A stretch of 63,925 bases of DNA, filler included, from Alphaproteobacteria bacterium (lineage in GTDB: Bacteria; Pseudomonadota; Alphaproteobacteria; Caedimonadales; UBA9215): the NCBI GenBank assembly GCA_024280495.1. It is 9 parts of 9 records of this genome, joined end to end, with 100 filler letters (N's around TTAATTAATTAA, not from the genome) between each part and the next. Parts side by side here need not be neighbours in the genome. Positions count along the whole stretch, not along the records: positions 1 to 4,017 come from JAJRPZ010000031.1; positions 4,118 to 14,247 come from JAJRPZ010000032.1; 7 more parts are not named here. One strand, written 5' to 3'. Below the pieces are notes generated by a model. The model did not search any database. It was not told the origin of the DNA and saw only the letters and a program-made list of their open reading frames with translations. Of the stretch, positions 1 to 11,732 are shown in pieces. The number at the start of each line of letters is the position of its first letter. Position 1 is the first letter of the stretch. A program made the translations under genes and the position numbers.

Positions 1-117
1 CGGAGGCGAAAAATAACAAAAAAACCGAAAACGCTATCTCAAAAAATAAAATTGCAAGTATCATATTAATAATCAAGGTGTTATATTGTAGTAAAAAAAG
101 TTAACCGGACAGCAGTG
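1..117 (+). mobile_element. IS4-family element end (probably the right end with the transposase tail), copy A
   Basis: 1-119 is the exact reverse complement of 3879-3997. It ends in TTAACCGGACAGCAGTG, resembling IS4-family termini, and a basic reading frame (RRRKITKKPKTLSQKIKLQVSY*) runs toward that terminus. Confidence 0.7.
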
Positions 118-1077
118 ATATTGTTGCCATTGTTTCAGTGAGTTTATAGGATCGAATGGATCTGTTTTTTCAACTTTATATTGACGCGTAGTGTCTTTCC
201 CTTTTAGAGGATCAACATGTTCACCATGCTTATCCTGCTGAATTGATTGAATCTGCATTATGATCCCTTCCTTTTTGGAATCAATATTCACATCTTTTGT
301 GATTGGTTTTTCGCTTTGTTTTTCAACAACAGCCTTTTCCCATTTGATTTCATCCGGAAATGACGGTAAAAATTTCTGAATTTTGGGAATTTTTTCATTA
401 GTTACCAGCGTACTTTTTTGGATTAATTCTGCAATTTCATCTTGTACTTTTAAGACAATGCCGGATTCTGTAATCCACTTTAGCACCTGAATCTGAGCCT
501 TTTCATTGGCAGTTTTGCCAGTTTTACTCTCTAAAAAAGCTGCGCCAAGTCCATATTCAGGGACATCCTCAACACCGGGGGCACTATATCTTAATGGTAA
601 TTTCGTGATTAAAATATCGTGTGAGTTGAGTAATAAAGATCGTATTTGAAGACAAAGTTCCTTATTCAAGGGAAAGGAGGATGAACTTTTGGCTTGTTTA
701 CATATTTTACCTAAAAGACGAATAGCATCTTCTACAAAAAGGTGGCTCAGTTTTGCACATAGCAAGACACTAAATCTTCTGCTTAACTTAATATTTCCCT
801 GAAGTTGATCGATCAGCTTTCCCAAAAATATTATCCGATTCTCTTCACTAAGGGAACTCCAATTTTTTACTATCCATTCGGTGATGAAATCAGACCCGAT
901 TTTTTTTATTTCATTGTCAGTAAAAGGAATTGTATTTTGAGGAAAAATATCAGCGCCAAGAAGCTTAAAACCTTCATCATAGGATGCCTTGTTTATTTTT
1001 TTGCTTTTCTCATCAGCTATCGCGATGACCGACAGAAAATTTTCTTGAATGCTATTCGTTAAAATTTCTTTATCCAT
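118..1077 (-). pseudogene. Unknown protein, 3'-truncated by the IS4-like end
   Basis: The 334-aa ORF (73..1077) reads into the repeat; its last residues HCCPVNFFYYNITP are IS-derived. It starts 30 bp after the stop of the upstream gene. Confidence 0.7.
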
Positions 1078-1107
1078 TATTGCAGCCTTATCAATAGGTG
1101 TTTTTAA

Positions 1108-3880
1108 TTATAAAAAATTAGTATCTTCAAACAATTGAACATCATCTTTTTTGAGGGGTAGCAAAGAGATTCCCACCCCATCAGATAGAACAGTCTTGAT
1201 TTCAAATGTCTCACCACAAGCATTTTTGCAGAAGAATATACTTCTCTCAATATATGGGAACAATTTCCTATGATGACGCCCAGTAAGTGCTTTCACCTGT
1301 TCAGGGGTGTTGTTTCTATAAAGCAATATATTAATCAAAATTAATGCTAAATCTTTTACTGGAGAGGATGCATTTGCAATTGCTATTTTTGCTTTATTAT
1401 ATGCCCTATTAAAATCGTTATTTATATAATATTTCCATGCATTGGTAAGCTCTTTCCCGGCAGCCATTTGGCCGATTCTACAATTGTACTCAACAAAAAA
1501 ATTTTCATCAAAAACTTCATTTTTCCATTCTATCAACAATTCCGTTAACTCAGAGTCTTGTTTTAAACTCGCGCAAATCTTTTCAAATTCATTTTGCCAT
1601 CTAGTTATGGATGGTCTCCAGGATATATCTTTTAAGTCGTCAATCAGTTTATCAATAGAGACGTTCATACTTTCTTTATCTGCATTTGAAGCAGAGCGGG
1701 CTTTTTTCAACCAATTAAATGCCTGGATTCGAGACTCATCTTGAGGAAAAGGGTCTTTTTGCAGGTCTTCCAATTGTGTCCCATCAAAAAACCATGCACA
1801 ATACAAAATCTCTTTTCCCCAGCCTGATAGTCGCTTCGGCAAACAATCACAAACTGACAAGCAACTTCTATAAAGTTTTTGAGTTATGCCTTTTCGCAAT
1901 TCTTCGAGGGCCTTCTTTTGCTCAAGAATCAGAGCATCGCTCCAACTAAAATCATCATTCGCGATTAGGCGATTTATAATTTCCTGGGTATTTAGTATGC
2001 GTGTTTCTGTGGGAATTTTTTGGCCGTAATGCTCAACGTAAAGTTGTCCGGCTGCAAACTGTCCAAGACCGAGCGTGTCTTTTAATGCTGACGTTTTGAA
2101 TTTTATTCTGCCCGCCTTATCAAACCTCCCTAATTCAGCCAAGGCTTTATCCTTAGCAGATTTTCTCATGAATAATTTAGCTTGCTCGTCAGGATAACCA
2201 GTCAGGACAATATTCTCCAGATCAAAAAAATCATCCAATGTAAGAGTATGGAGTGGGAACATATTCTCATCTTGCAGAGATGCCCTATGAATCATTTTTG
2301 CTAATCGAATGGAAATGTTGCCCTCGACCGTAAGTATTCCTTCAGCGAAAGTCTGCCGTGGTGGTATTGCCCAACGCCTTTTATCACCATCGACTGCAAC
2401 ACATCCGTTTTTAAAAGCGACTGAAATATTTTTATCTCCCTTAATCTCAACAACAGGTTCTTCTGTTAAGCCATATAAACCATCAGGCCATTCAATGTTA
2501 CAATCCGGCAAGCAACAGAATGAAAGCCGACGGTTTAAATTTTGTTCAGAAATTTCACGATATCTACCTATTGGTTCTATCCATATTTCACCTTTTGAAG
2601 GAACTGGGCTGTTTAATTTGATTTTATTACATTCAATCGAAATATCGATTGGTTTAGCCTGGCCGTCAAAATCACTCATCAATAATAATTTCTTTTCGTG
2701 AAACAACTTTGGTTGAGTAATAATTAAATCTGGAAGCTGCCCCACAAAAACATCAAATAAATCTTTTGCTCCTGCTAACCGTTTCGCACTATCGTCCCAA
2801 ATCAGATGTCTTTGATCTTTTTTATCAACATCAACGCCTAAAAAACTTAGATCCGTCGTTGATTCGACAGCAATCAAAGTTCCTCGAAACATACCAAAAG
2901 GCAGAGAGAGCAAGCCGAATTCAGCAATGCAATTTTCCACATATTGTCTATTTTGTTCTGGCAAGCCCGCAAGATACGCCGCAGATATAACCAGGTAATA
3001 ATTACCCTCACTCAAATATTGTTGAGGATGAAGGAGTTCTCCACTTTCTTCATCAAAAAGAGCATAAGGCCTTTTTTGTGGGGACCAGCCTTTTAATTCT
3101 GTTTCCCTCCATCCCGAAACCTGCTCTTTTACTTTTATGGAATAAACTTCTTTGAAATCATCTTTGGACACTAACTCAAACGTGGAGTGGGAGATTTTTT
3201 TGTCATCTATCTTATAATTGCCAAGTCTGACATTCAAATCATCAAAAAGAATAGCAAGCCGGTCTAAATCTTGCTGATATACAAGTTTGGGGAGAGTAAT
3301 ATTAATTCTGGAAGAAGGTTTTATTTTTCGGATGTCTGCTTGTTGAAGAACCCAAAGCTCTCTCCAAAAACTGGGCCTGAACCCTTTTAATGATGCAAGA
3401 AATTCTAATGGTGAAGGATGCTGCCTTGATTGAACAATAGAGCGGGCAACATCTTTTACAAATTTCCACCCCGCCGGATCAGCAAGGAATTTTCTCAAAT
3501 AATTAGACATTCCTTCTTCTGGCAAAAGTTGTCTAAAAGAAAGATATGAAAGACTGATTAAGCCGGACCAACCATACCTCTCTACTCCCGTTTTAAGGAA
3601 TTCTGAAAAACGAGGTAAATGTTTTCTTGTAACTCCGCATTGCTCTAAGATTGGACCAACATAACGGAAGGAATATTCCCTTCTTTTAAATAAAAATTGT
3701 TTTGCAAAAAGATAATCCTCGATCATAGAACCGAGGGTTTTTTGAAGGTCATTTCGACCTGCAAGACCGATTCTCGACAAAAAATGAATCCAGAATCCAC
3801 TTTCATCATATTCAAAATATGCACAGTTAACTGCTAATATGACGATTACGGTTTTGTATGGAAACCGGTATAAAAGAAAT
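1108..3880 (-). pseudogene. Large unknown protein (>920 aa), 5'-truncated by IS; possible Druantia-like defence accessory protein
   Basis: The frame stays open upstream of the listed TTG at 3780 (FLLYRFPYKTVIVILAVNCAYFEYDESGFWIHF) up to a TGA formed at the IS junction. Motifs: YDESGFW..F, RYVGPILEQCGV, YLRKFL, LPKLVY. Confidence 0.65.
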
Positions 3881-4017
3881 CACTGCTGTCCGGTTAACTT
3901 TTTTTACTACAATATAACACCTTGATTATTAATATGATACTTGCAATTTTATTTTTTGAGATAGCGTTTTCGGTTTTTTTGTTATTTTTCGCCTCCGGCG
4001 AGGTTTTTTTATTATAA
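3881..4017 (-). mobile_element. IS4-family element end, copy B (inverted relative to copy A)
   Basis: Begins CACTGCTGTCCGGTTAAC, is identical to the reverse complement of 1-117, and runs to the contig end. Confidence 0.7.
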
Positions 4018-4117
4018 NNNNNNNNNNNNNNNNNNNNNNNNNNNNNNNNNNNNNNNNNNNNTTAATTAATTAANNNNNNNNNNNNNNNNNNNNNNNNNNN
4101 NNNNNNNNNNNNNNNNN
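4018..4117. other. Artificial contig linker
   Basis: N run containing a TTAATTAATTAA six-frame stop. Confidence 0.98.
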
Positions 4118-5111
4118 AGCCTAAAATCCATTTTTTACCAAAACTCCCTCCAAAATCATGAAAATGAATAATATAATTAATATCGTTGTGGGTAACTTCA
4201 AATTTTCTTTTTTTTTCTTTTTTATAGGCATTAAAGGCCTTGAGTAAAACAGGATTTTTCATATCGCTGTAGATTGGAAGGGATACATTGGCGCCTTGCA
4301 TCATTTTTCCCAAACCTGGATAGCCAACAACGCCACCATATTCATTGAGAATAAAAGTAATTCCCGTTTTGCCAATTTTATGTTTTTCCATTAAGCCAGA
4401 AATTTTATTAAGAGTAATATCCGCAGAAACAACAATGCGAACATCATTTTTACGGTGAACGACAGGGATTGCTGCCGTAATGCCAATATTACGGGAAATC
4501 TTGAAAATATATGGATCTGACCAAAAGGGCGCCAGTGTTTTTTCGGCACCAATGTACCAAGGTCTGCTGCGAGGATCAAAATAATCATTGGCACGAGGGC
4601 GTTCCTGAACGGCAATAGTGCGTCCGTCTTTGTCTAAAAACTTATGAAATTCCGTGAGTATACCAGTGCTGCGATTAATAATTCGAACGCTGTATATAGC
4701 ATTTGGTGGAAGGCTTTTATTTTTTGAATAAGGATAAAGTGCAGGGGGGGTAACACGGTTAATACTAAGAAAATTTCCGTCTGCATCCCCATTATAAAAA
4801 CCAGCTATTTGTGGATAAAGGTCAAGAAGTTTAAGGGATTGAAAAATAATATCATCGGCTGAATCAAGAACAGTGTTATCTCGCTTTGAAAACCAGGCAA
4901 TAAATTGAGTCGATATTTTTGCAGAGAGAAAATAACCTTCGATATTATTAAGAATGATCTCAACGTTACCTTGAATGTCAGATTCAAGATCATCCATAAA
5001 AACCTTTGACGTTTTATTGTAATTATAGAAAATAATAGATCCACAGGCAATCACAAGAACCATGAGGAAACTGATCATAATTGTGAGTTGAATGGTGAAC
5101 CTACGACGCAT
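4118..5111 (-). CDS. Membrane sensor with periplasmic dCache domain (output domain lost at contig end)
   Basis: N-terminal TM helix; Cache motifs FDPRSRPWY, WSDPYIF, GITAAIP, SADITL. Confidence 0.8.
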
Positions 5112-5166
5112 ATGAATATTATCCCTTTTTGAGTAATCACCTTTGGTAATTATTTTCAGGATATGG

Positions 5167-5205
5167 AGCTATCTTTAATTTTTTATTAAAATTTTAAAGA
5201 TAGCT
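5167..5205 (-). terminator. Probable recA terminator hairpin
   Basis: 12-bp inverted repeat AGCTATCTTTAA...TTAAAGATAGCT, 6 bp after the recA stop. Confidence 0.55.
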
Positions 5206-5211
5206 ATTTTT

Positions 5212-6246
5212 TTATGCAGCGCTACTGTCGTTATCTGATTTTGGTGTATCTTCAAGTTTTTTTGCAATAAAACCTGATTTTTCACGGACAGCGGATTCAA
5301 TACGGTTGGCGAGTTCTGGATTTTCCTTGAGGAATTTTTTAGCCCCTTCGCGACCTTGACCCAGGCGTTCGCCGCTGTAAGAGTACCAAGATCCTGCTTT
5401 TTCGACGATTTCTGCCTTTACACCCAAGTCCAAAAGCTCACCCGTTTTGGAAATACCTTGACCATACATGATGTCAAATTCAACAACCTTAAAGGGAGGG
5501 GCAACTTTATTTTTCACCACTTTAACGCGGGTTTGATTGCCAACGATTTCTTCTCGGTTTTTAATGGCACCAATGCGGCGAATATCTAGGCGCATGGATG
5601 CGTAAAATTTGAGAGCATTTCCACCCGTTGTTGTTTCAGGGCTGCCGAACATGACACCTATTTTATGGCGAATTTGGTTGATAAAAATAACCATACATTG
5701 TGTTTTTGAAATGGATCCTGTGATTTTACGGAGAGCTTGACTCATCAAACGAGCTTGAAGACCCATATGAGAATCTCCCATGTCACCTTCTAATTCAGCC
5801 TTTGGTACAAGAGCAGCCACACTGTCTACGACCACAATATCAACACCACCAGAACGCACGAGAGTATCTGTGATCTCAAGAGCTTGCTCACCAGCATCTG
5901 GTTGTGCAATCAAAAGATTATCCACATCAACGCCAAGTTTTCGGGCGTAAACGGGGTCAAGTGCATGTTCTGCGTCAACGAAAGCACAAGTGCCCCCTTG
6001 TTTTTGAGCCTCTGCCACCACATGAAGGGCGAGGGTCGTTTTACCAGAGCTTTCAGGGCCATAAATCTCGATGACACGGCCTTTGGGAAAACCACCGATA
6101 CCAAGGGCTATATCAAGGCCTAATGATCCCGTAGAAATAGCTTCGATATCAAGGGATCCTTGTTCGCCCATACGCATGATAGAGCCCTTACCAAAGGCAC
6201 GTTCAATTTGACCGAGTGCAGCGTCGAGAGCTTTTTGTTTGTTCAT
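5212..6246 (-). CDS. recA: Recombinase RecA
   Basis: [28 protein letters not shown]. Confidence 0.99.
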   Translation of the reverse strand: MNKQKALDAALGQIERAFGKGSIMRMGEQGSLDIEAISTGSLGLDIALGIGGFPKGRVIEIYGPESSGKTTLALHVVAEAQKQGGTCAFVDAEHALDPVYARKLGVDVDNLLIAQPDAGEQALEITDTLVRSGGVDIVVVDSVAALVPKAELEGDMGDSHMGLQARLMSQALRKITGSISKTQCMVIFINQIRHKIGVMFGSPETTTGGNALKFYASMRLDIRRIGAIKNREEIVGNQTRVKVVKNKVAPPFKVVEFDIMYGQGISKTGELLDLGVKAEIVEKAGSWYSYSGERLGQGREGAKKFLKENPELANRIESAVREKSGFIAKKLEDTPKSDNDSSAA

Positions 6247-6339
6247 TTTGTGTGATTACCCTTTTATTGAAAAAATTACATAATTTGAGCATATCAGTTC
6301 TGTTACAAGAATCAAATTGCAATGTGAATTATACACACC

Positions 6340-7728
6340 CTACAAAGGTAATGTTATAACAACTTTAAGGCCAAGGTGATTTTTTGAATTTTCTAGGGTG
6401 ATGCTTCCCCCGTGAACATTGATAATATCTTTGCATATGGAGAGACCGAGACCATAACCACCAGTTGTTGTATTTCGAGAGTCATCCAGACGCACAAAGG
6501 GCCTAAAAACATCATCTCGACGATTTTCAGGAATGCCAGGACCATCATCTTCAAAAATAAGAACTAAGTCTTTCTTAATAATTTCTCCTTTGAACCAGAC
6601 GTGTTTTCCATAACGAAGAGCATTTGACATAATATTTTCCAAGGCTCGTTTCAAGGCATAGGGACGCAAGGTTGCTTTCATATCAATAAGAGGGGAAAAA
6701 GAAGCTAGGGAAATATTATCCTGTGGAAATTTGGTGAAAAATTCACGTAGAAATTCATTAATATTGATGCTTTTTGCTGTTTCTGTGCCTTCACCCTTTG
6801 CAAAATTAAGATATTCTTCCAGCATTTTTTTCATTTCTTTTATATCTTCGAGAAGGGCATTTTTAGAGTCACTCTCTTTTTGAAGGGCAAGTTCAAGATG
6901 CATGCGTGTCAGAGGAGTTTTTAAGTCATGTGATATCCCTGCTAACATTTCAGTTCTTTGGGTTATTTGTTTGTGAATGCGACTGCGCATTTTTTGAAAA
7001 GCTTGTCCAACACGTCGAACTTCAAGGGCGCCAGAAGGTTTAAAATTGCTGACATCACGACCTTTGCCAAACTGGGAAACAACATCGGCAAGGGATAGAA
7101 GGGGGCGCACTTGATTGCGCATAAATAGTCCAGCGATCAAAATGAAAAAGAGAGGAGCTCCCACTTGCCACCAAATCATTAGGGATGTCGTGCTCGGAAT
7201 AAGACGCCGTCGGTCCAACTTAAAAGCGTAAATATATTTCTGACTTTTAACCCAGATCGTAATGGTATCTTCTTGGCTATTATGGGCGAAGGGAAGGGTG
7301 AGCTTCGAGGCAAGGGCTTCCTCTAAATAGTCATGGGTAACAGAATGGGCCCAGGTTGTTGTTTTTCTTTTCAGGTCGCTTTTTAAGTTACTTAAATTTT
7401 TGTCACCTATATTTTTATCATTTTGAATTTGCGTAACATCAATGGAAAAGTTGTTTTTGGAAAATTTTTGGAGCTTCTCAAAAAAATGAGGTTTCTTATC
7501 TTCGAAGTCTGCAATGTTCACTATGGCAGCGACATTGGCCGCAATATTATGGGCGAGAGTTATGGTCGTATCGGACCAATGGCGATTCCAAAATACTATG
7601 CCCGTTGCTAGTTGTACCAATAAAACAGGCAAGATTAAAATGGTGAGAGTGCGTGTCAAAAGACGCTCGGGCATGATTTTTTTGAGGAGTTTTAAAGGCG
7701 TGATTTTCATTGAAGTCAATCTGGCCAT
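6340..7728 (-). CDS. EnvZ-like sensor histidine kinase
   Basis: Two TM helices, HAMP, ISHDLKTPL, EDDGPGIP, GYGLGLSI. Confidence 0.93.
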   Translation of the reverse strand: MARLTSMKITPLKLLKKIMPERLLTRTLTILILPVLLVQLATGIVFWNRHWSDTTITLAHNIAANVAAIVNIADFEDKKPHFFEKLQKFSKNNFSIDVTQIQNDKNIGDKNLSNLKSDLKRKTTTWAHSVTHDYLEEALASKLTLPFAHNSQEDTITIWVKSQKYIYAFKLDRRRLIPSTTSLMIWWQVGAPLFFILIAGLFMRNQVRPLLSLADVVSQFGKGRDVSNFKPSGALEVRRVGQAFQKMRSRIHKQITQRTEMLAGISHDLKTPLTRMHLELALQKESDSKNALLEDIKEMKKMLEEYLNFAKGEGTETAKSININEFLREFFTKFPQDNISLASFSPLIDMKATLRPYALKRALENIMSNALRYGKHVWFKGEIIKKDLVLIFEDDGPGIPENRRDDVFRPFVRLDDSRNTTTGGYGLGLSICKDIINVHGGSITLENSKNHLGLKVVITLPL

Positions 7729-8453
7729 AGTGCATATCCTTTGTGGCGAACGGTGCGTAAATATGTGGGCTCACGGGGATCGGCCTCTATCTTTTTTCGC
7801 AGACGCGTGATTTGAACATCAACGGTTCGGGGGCTAAGGTTAACGCCAGAAGCACCGACAATATCTTCCCGTGATAAGGAAATACGGGGTTGTTTTGCGA
7901 AAATTTGGAGGAGGTCAAGCTCTGCTGGTGTTAGGTGAATGATTTCCCCTTGCGCATTTTCTAAAATGCCTTTGAAAACATCAAATGTCATACTTCCAAA
8001 GGACATTATATCTTGATTTGAAAGGGGGGCGGGATGACAACGTTCTATAAGTTTTTCAATACGTAATATGAGTTCACGGGGTTCGAATGGTTTCGATAAA
8101 TAGTCATCGGCGCCGCTCTCGAGACCTTGGATACGTTCTTCTGCTTCACCAAGGGCCGTTAATAAAAGAATGGGTAAATAACGATGACGGGGGTTGTCGG
8201 ATTCTCTGATAGACGTCATGAAACTAAGGCCCGTTTGACCTGGCATCATGACATCTAAAAGCATCAAATCATAGGAATTTTGTGCTAACTGAGTCCCAGC
8301 TGAAGTTGCATCATTGGCGACGTCAACGTTAAAATTATTTTCCGTAAGAAATTTTTTTAATAAATCTCGCAGACGAGCATCATCGTCCACCACCAGTAAA
8401 CGCCGTTTTTTTGTTTTTTGAAAAAAGTTTTTAAGGTTTTTTGTAATCTGCAT
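7716..8453 (-). CDS. OmpR-family response regulator
   Basis: VVDDD, LDVMMPG, GADDYLSKPF, DVQITRLRKK winged helix; overlaps the kinase gene. Confidence 0.95.
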   Translation of the reverse strand: MQITKNLKNFFQKTKKRRLLVVDDDARLRDLLKKFLTENNFNVDVANDATSAGTQLAQNSYDLMLLDVMMPGQTGLSFMTSIRESDNPRHRYLPILLLTALGEAEERIQGLESGADDYLSKPFEPRELILRIEKLIERCHPAPLSNQDIMSFGSMTFDVFKGILENAQGEIIHLTPAELDLLQIFAKQPRISLSREDIVGASGVNLSPRTVDVQITRLRKKIEADPREPTYLRTVRHKGYALWPD

Positions 8454-8520
8454 AGAAATTAGTTTACCTCATGCTGTAAAAACCACCAAGAGTGTTTCGA
8501 TGTGTCTATAGGACAATTAA

Positions 8521-9834
8521 TTAAGTCACGAATCGTTTTTTTATGCGAGTAGTGACCTCTGCTAACGTAAGTTCTTCAGTGGCGCCAGTTTTGCGATTTT
8601 TGAATTCCACCGTGCCTTTTTCAAGGCTACGGGGACCGATGCTGATTTGATAGGGAATGCCCATAAGGTCCATATCAGCAAATTTCGTCCCAGGACGCTC
8701 ATCACGGTCATCATAAATAACGTCAATGCCAGCATTTTGAAAGTCATTGTATAGTTCATCACAAACCTTTGAGCAAGCTTTGTCTTTAACGCGAATGTTA
8801 ATAAGGCCAATTTTATAAGGTGCGACGCTTTCTGGCCAGATGATACCTCTATCATCGTGGCTTGCCTCAATGATAGCAGCAACGATGCGTGACACACCAA
8901 TACCATAGCTCCCCATATGAGGAATGATGTTTTTGTTATCTTGCCCTGCAAGATTTACGTTCAGTGCTTCACTATATTTAGTACCAAAATAGAAAATATG
9001 ACCAACTTCAATACCCCGTGCAACCTTGAGTTTTTCCGCAGGAATAGGGCAGGTTTTTGGGTCATGGATTTCGTCGGTAGCGGCATAAATGTTGAGGATG
9101 TCATCAACATCAACGTCATCTTTTCCATCTTCATTATTTGCCATCAGACCCTCAAGGCGCTCTTCGTAAAAAAGCTCACTTTCACCCGTTTGAGCAACAA
9201 TAAGAAACTCATGGCTCAAGTCACCACCAATGGGTCCTGTATCTGCGCGAGCAGGCACAGCTGTTAAACCTAGGCGCCTAAAGGTTCTAACATAGGCCGT
9301 CATCATTTTTTTGTAAGAGGCTCGAGCGGAGGCTTCATCACGATCAATGGAATAGCCATCTTTCATGAGAAATTCACGCCCCCTCATCACGCCAAATCGT
9401 GGACGAATTTCATCTCGGAATTTCCAATGAATTTGATAGACAAGGGCAGGGAGGTCACGGTAGCTTTTCAGATGTTTGCGTGCGATATCGGCAACAACTT
9501 CTTCAGCCGTTGGCGTATAAAGTAAATCACGGCCATGGCGATCTTGAATGCGGAGCATTTCATCCCCATAAGCATCAAATCGTCCACTTTCTTTCCAAAG
9601 GTCTGCGGACTGAATGGTGGGCATCAAAATTTCTTGAGCCCCTATTTTATCTTGTTCTTGACGAACAATAGTCTCAATATTCTTAAGAACACGAACGCCT
9701 AAGGGCAACCAAGTATAAATCCCCGAACAGTGTTGGTCCACAAGGCCCGCACGCAGCATTAATTGATGGGAGATAATTTGTGCCTCTCTTGGGGCTTCTT
9801 TTTGAGTTGGAAAAAAACCAGTACTACGACGCAT
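8521..9834 (-). CDS. proS: Proline--tRNA ligase (short alphaproteobacterial type)
   Basis: [39 protein letters not shown]. Confidence 0.98.
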   Translation of the reverse strand: MRRSTGFFPTQKEAPREAQIISHQLMLRAGLVDQHCSGIYTWLPLGVRVLKNIETIVRQEQDKIGAQEILMPTIQSADLWKESGRFDAYGDEMLRIQDRHGRDLLYTPTAEEVVADIARKHLKSYRDLPALVYQIHWKFRDEIRPRFGVMRGREFLMKDGYSIDRDEASARASYKKMMTAYVRTFRRLGLTAVPARADTGPIGGDLSHEFLIVAQTGESELFYEERLEGLMANNEDGKDDVDVDDILNIYAATDEIHDPKTCPIPAEKLKVARGIEVGHIFYFGTKYSEALNVNLAGQDNKNIIPHMGSYGIGVSRIVAAIIEASHDDRGIIWPESVAPYKIGLINIRVKDKACSKVCDELYNDFQNAGIDVIYDDRDERPGTKFADMDLMGIPYQISIGPRSLEKGTVEFKNRKTGATEELTLAEVTTRIKKRFVT

Positions 9835-9930
9835 GATAAGGAACCTTTATAAAAAACGAGAGTCAGTATGAATTTGATTCTGATTCTAGTTCCCTTGGCC
9901 TTAATGTCCAGGATTTTTTTTTAATGGGTT

Positions 9931-10488
9931 TTACGCAGCCCCCCAATAAGCAGGTTGTGATCTGATATCCACATGAACAAAACCTGATTTTGGGTAGTAT
10001 CCAACCCCTCCCTTTTTATAGGAAGTGGCAAGATTTTTAAGTTCCCGTAGATGTTTTGGAAGCCTAATGTCAATGGCACATCCTTTGGTATGGAAACTAT
10101 TTTTAGCAACGCCAGAACTTCGTCGTCGGAGCATTTCATTTGTTTCAGGGGATCTGTATCCGCTGATAACATCAAATGTCGTAAGGCCAGGGACACTACA
10201 GTTCAGTTGAAGTCGGTTAATCAATTGAATCAATTCTGGCTCTATGATATGTGTTTTTCCGTTGCGATGGTCGCGCATAAAGTGTTGAATTTTTTTCATG
10301 ACCTCGGGAACAAAATCATCTTTGTGCATATAAGTCTCTTTGAGAAACTCACCAGTATGGATATTATAAAGAGAAATTTTTTTGTCGAGCTTACAACTTA
10401 CCGCACCATAAATAGGTTTCATAAGGTTGCTGGCCGCCAATGCGGATCCACCAATAAGTAAACTGCGTCGAGTAAATAAAGTAACCAT
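9931..10488 (-). CDS. YcbK/DUF882 Tat-exported peptidase M15 family protein
   Basis: TRRSLL Tat signal; ISGYRSPETN, SFHTKGCAID, FVHVD. Confidence 0.92.
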   Translation of the reverse strand: MVTLFTRRSLLIGGSALAASNLMKPIYGAVSCKLDKKISLYNIHTGEFLKETYMHKDDFVPEVMKKIQHFMRDHRNGKTHIIEPELIQLINRLQLNCSVPGLTTFDVISGYRSPETNEMLRRRSSGVAKNSFHTKGCAIDIRLPKHLRELKNLATSYKKGGVGYYPKSGFVHVDIRSQPAYWGAA

Positions 10489-10547
10489 ATGATTTTATAT
10501 AGGTTTTATTTATTGATATTTCAAGTGTAATAAAGGAAAAAAATAAT

Positions 10548-10937
10548 ATGTTCCATAAAAACAGTCAAAAAAAGTATCCAGAACGCATTAAAGTGACGCG
10601 TCTCTATAGTGGTAATGATGGCGAAAGTCATTTCGAGAATATTTATTTCGATACCCCTAACCAAGAAGGTATTGGTGGTATTTCCAAAGAAATGGGGTGT
10701 CAGGGTTTTTATATGCGCACCATGCCCCATGATTACAAGGTTGGGTGGCACAATTCGGACCGTCGTCAATTTCTGGTTGTTATTCAAGGCGCGATAGAAA
10801 TGACAGTTGCCAGTGGCGAAAAGCGTGTTTTTCAAGTGGGTGATATTGTTTTATGCGAAGATAAAACGGGCAACGGTCATACAAGTCAGGGTATCAGCCC
10901 CCAAGATCGAGTTTCTTTGTTTTTACCCCTAGAATAA
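10548..10937 (+). CDS. Cupin-fold protein
   Basis: DGESHFE, WH..RRQF, GD..LCEDKTGNGH. Confidence 0.8.
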   Translation: MFHKNSQKKYPERIKVTRLYSGNDGESHFENIYFDTPNQEGIGGISKEMGCQGFYMRTMPHDYKVGWHNSDRRQFLVVIQGAIEMTVASGEKRVFQVGDIVLCEDKTGNGHTSQGISPQDRVSLFLPLE

Positions 10938-11045
10938 CGGTGAAATTTTTAAAAAAAACAAAAGCTTTTCAAAGGTGTTTTTTTCACGCATTTACAAATC
11001 ATTCAGGGGTTGATATGCTTTTGAAACTTTACAAGGAAGCATATT

Positions 11046-11702
11046 TTGGATTCTTTAAAATTAGCACAACTCATGTGTTCTAGGCTGTGTCACGATTTGA
11101 TTACACGCGTTGGCGCTATTTCCACTGGTCTTGAAATTATTTCTGAAAATACAGATGAAGTTGATTCTGAATTGATGGCGTTGACCGTTAATAGCGCCCA
11201 TAATGCGGTGCAGCGCCTTATTTATTACCGCGCAGCTTTTGGTTTTTCAGCCACGGGTAATATTGACAGCCCTGCTAAAGTTGAACTGCTCCTTGGAGGG
11301 TATTTGAAATCCCGCAAGGTCAATTTAAAATTTATTCATGGCCTCAGCAACGACAATCAGGACATGGTCCAAAAATATGCGCGGATTATTTTGAATTGTG
11401 TTGCTCTTATTGTTGAGGCGGCCCCTTATGGCGGCGACCTTAACATTGATATAAAAACGGAAAAAGGAGGTTTTATGTGTCATATTGACATGAAAGGTGA
11501 CCTTGTTGGGTTGAAACCTGAAAATAAACACGCTCTCGAGGGGCGATTAAGTGATTCGGAAATTACACCTTATAATGTGCAAGGCTATCTAACGAATTTA
11601 TTGATGGATAAAAAAGAAGTTCGATTGACTTTTATGGAAAATAAGAAAAAACACATTGCCCTTACCATTGAAAACACCCAAAATACAGCCACTTTGTTTT
11701 AA
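11046..11702 (+). CDS. chpT: Histidine phosphotransferase ChpT (DUF2328)
   Basis: SRLCHDL..VGAI..GLE and YYRAAFG motifs. Confidence 0.9.
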   Translation: MDSLKLAQLMCSRLCHDLITRVGAISTGLEIISENTDEVDSELMALTVNSAHNAVQRLIYYRAAFGFSATGNIDSPAKVELLLGGYLKSRKVNLKFIHGLSNDNQDMVQKYARIILNCVALIVEAAPYGGDLNIDIKTEKGGFMCHIDMKGDLVGLKPENKHALEGRLSDSEITPYNVQGYLTNLLMDKKEVRLTFMENKKKHIALTIENTQNTATLF

Positions 11703-11732
11703 ATAGCCATTCATAAGAGAAAAATATTAATT

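Noticed and set aside
1..4017. Terminal inverted repeats of a linear plasmid or phage
   Set aside because: No replication or terminal-protein genes; the repeats interrupt ORFs and end in an IS4-like terminus facing inward.
6247..6339. Alphaproteobacterial LexA box upstream of recA
   Set aside because: Only a single GTTC is present; no GTTC-N7-GTTC or GAAC-N7-GAAC pair.
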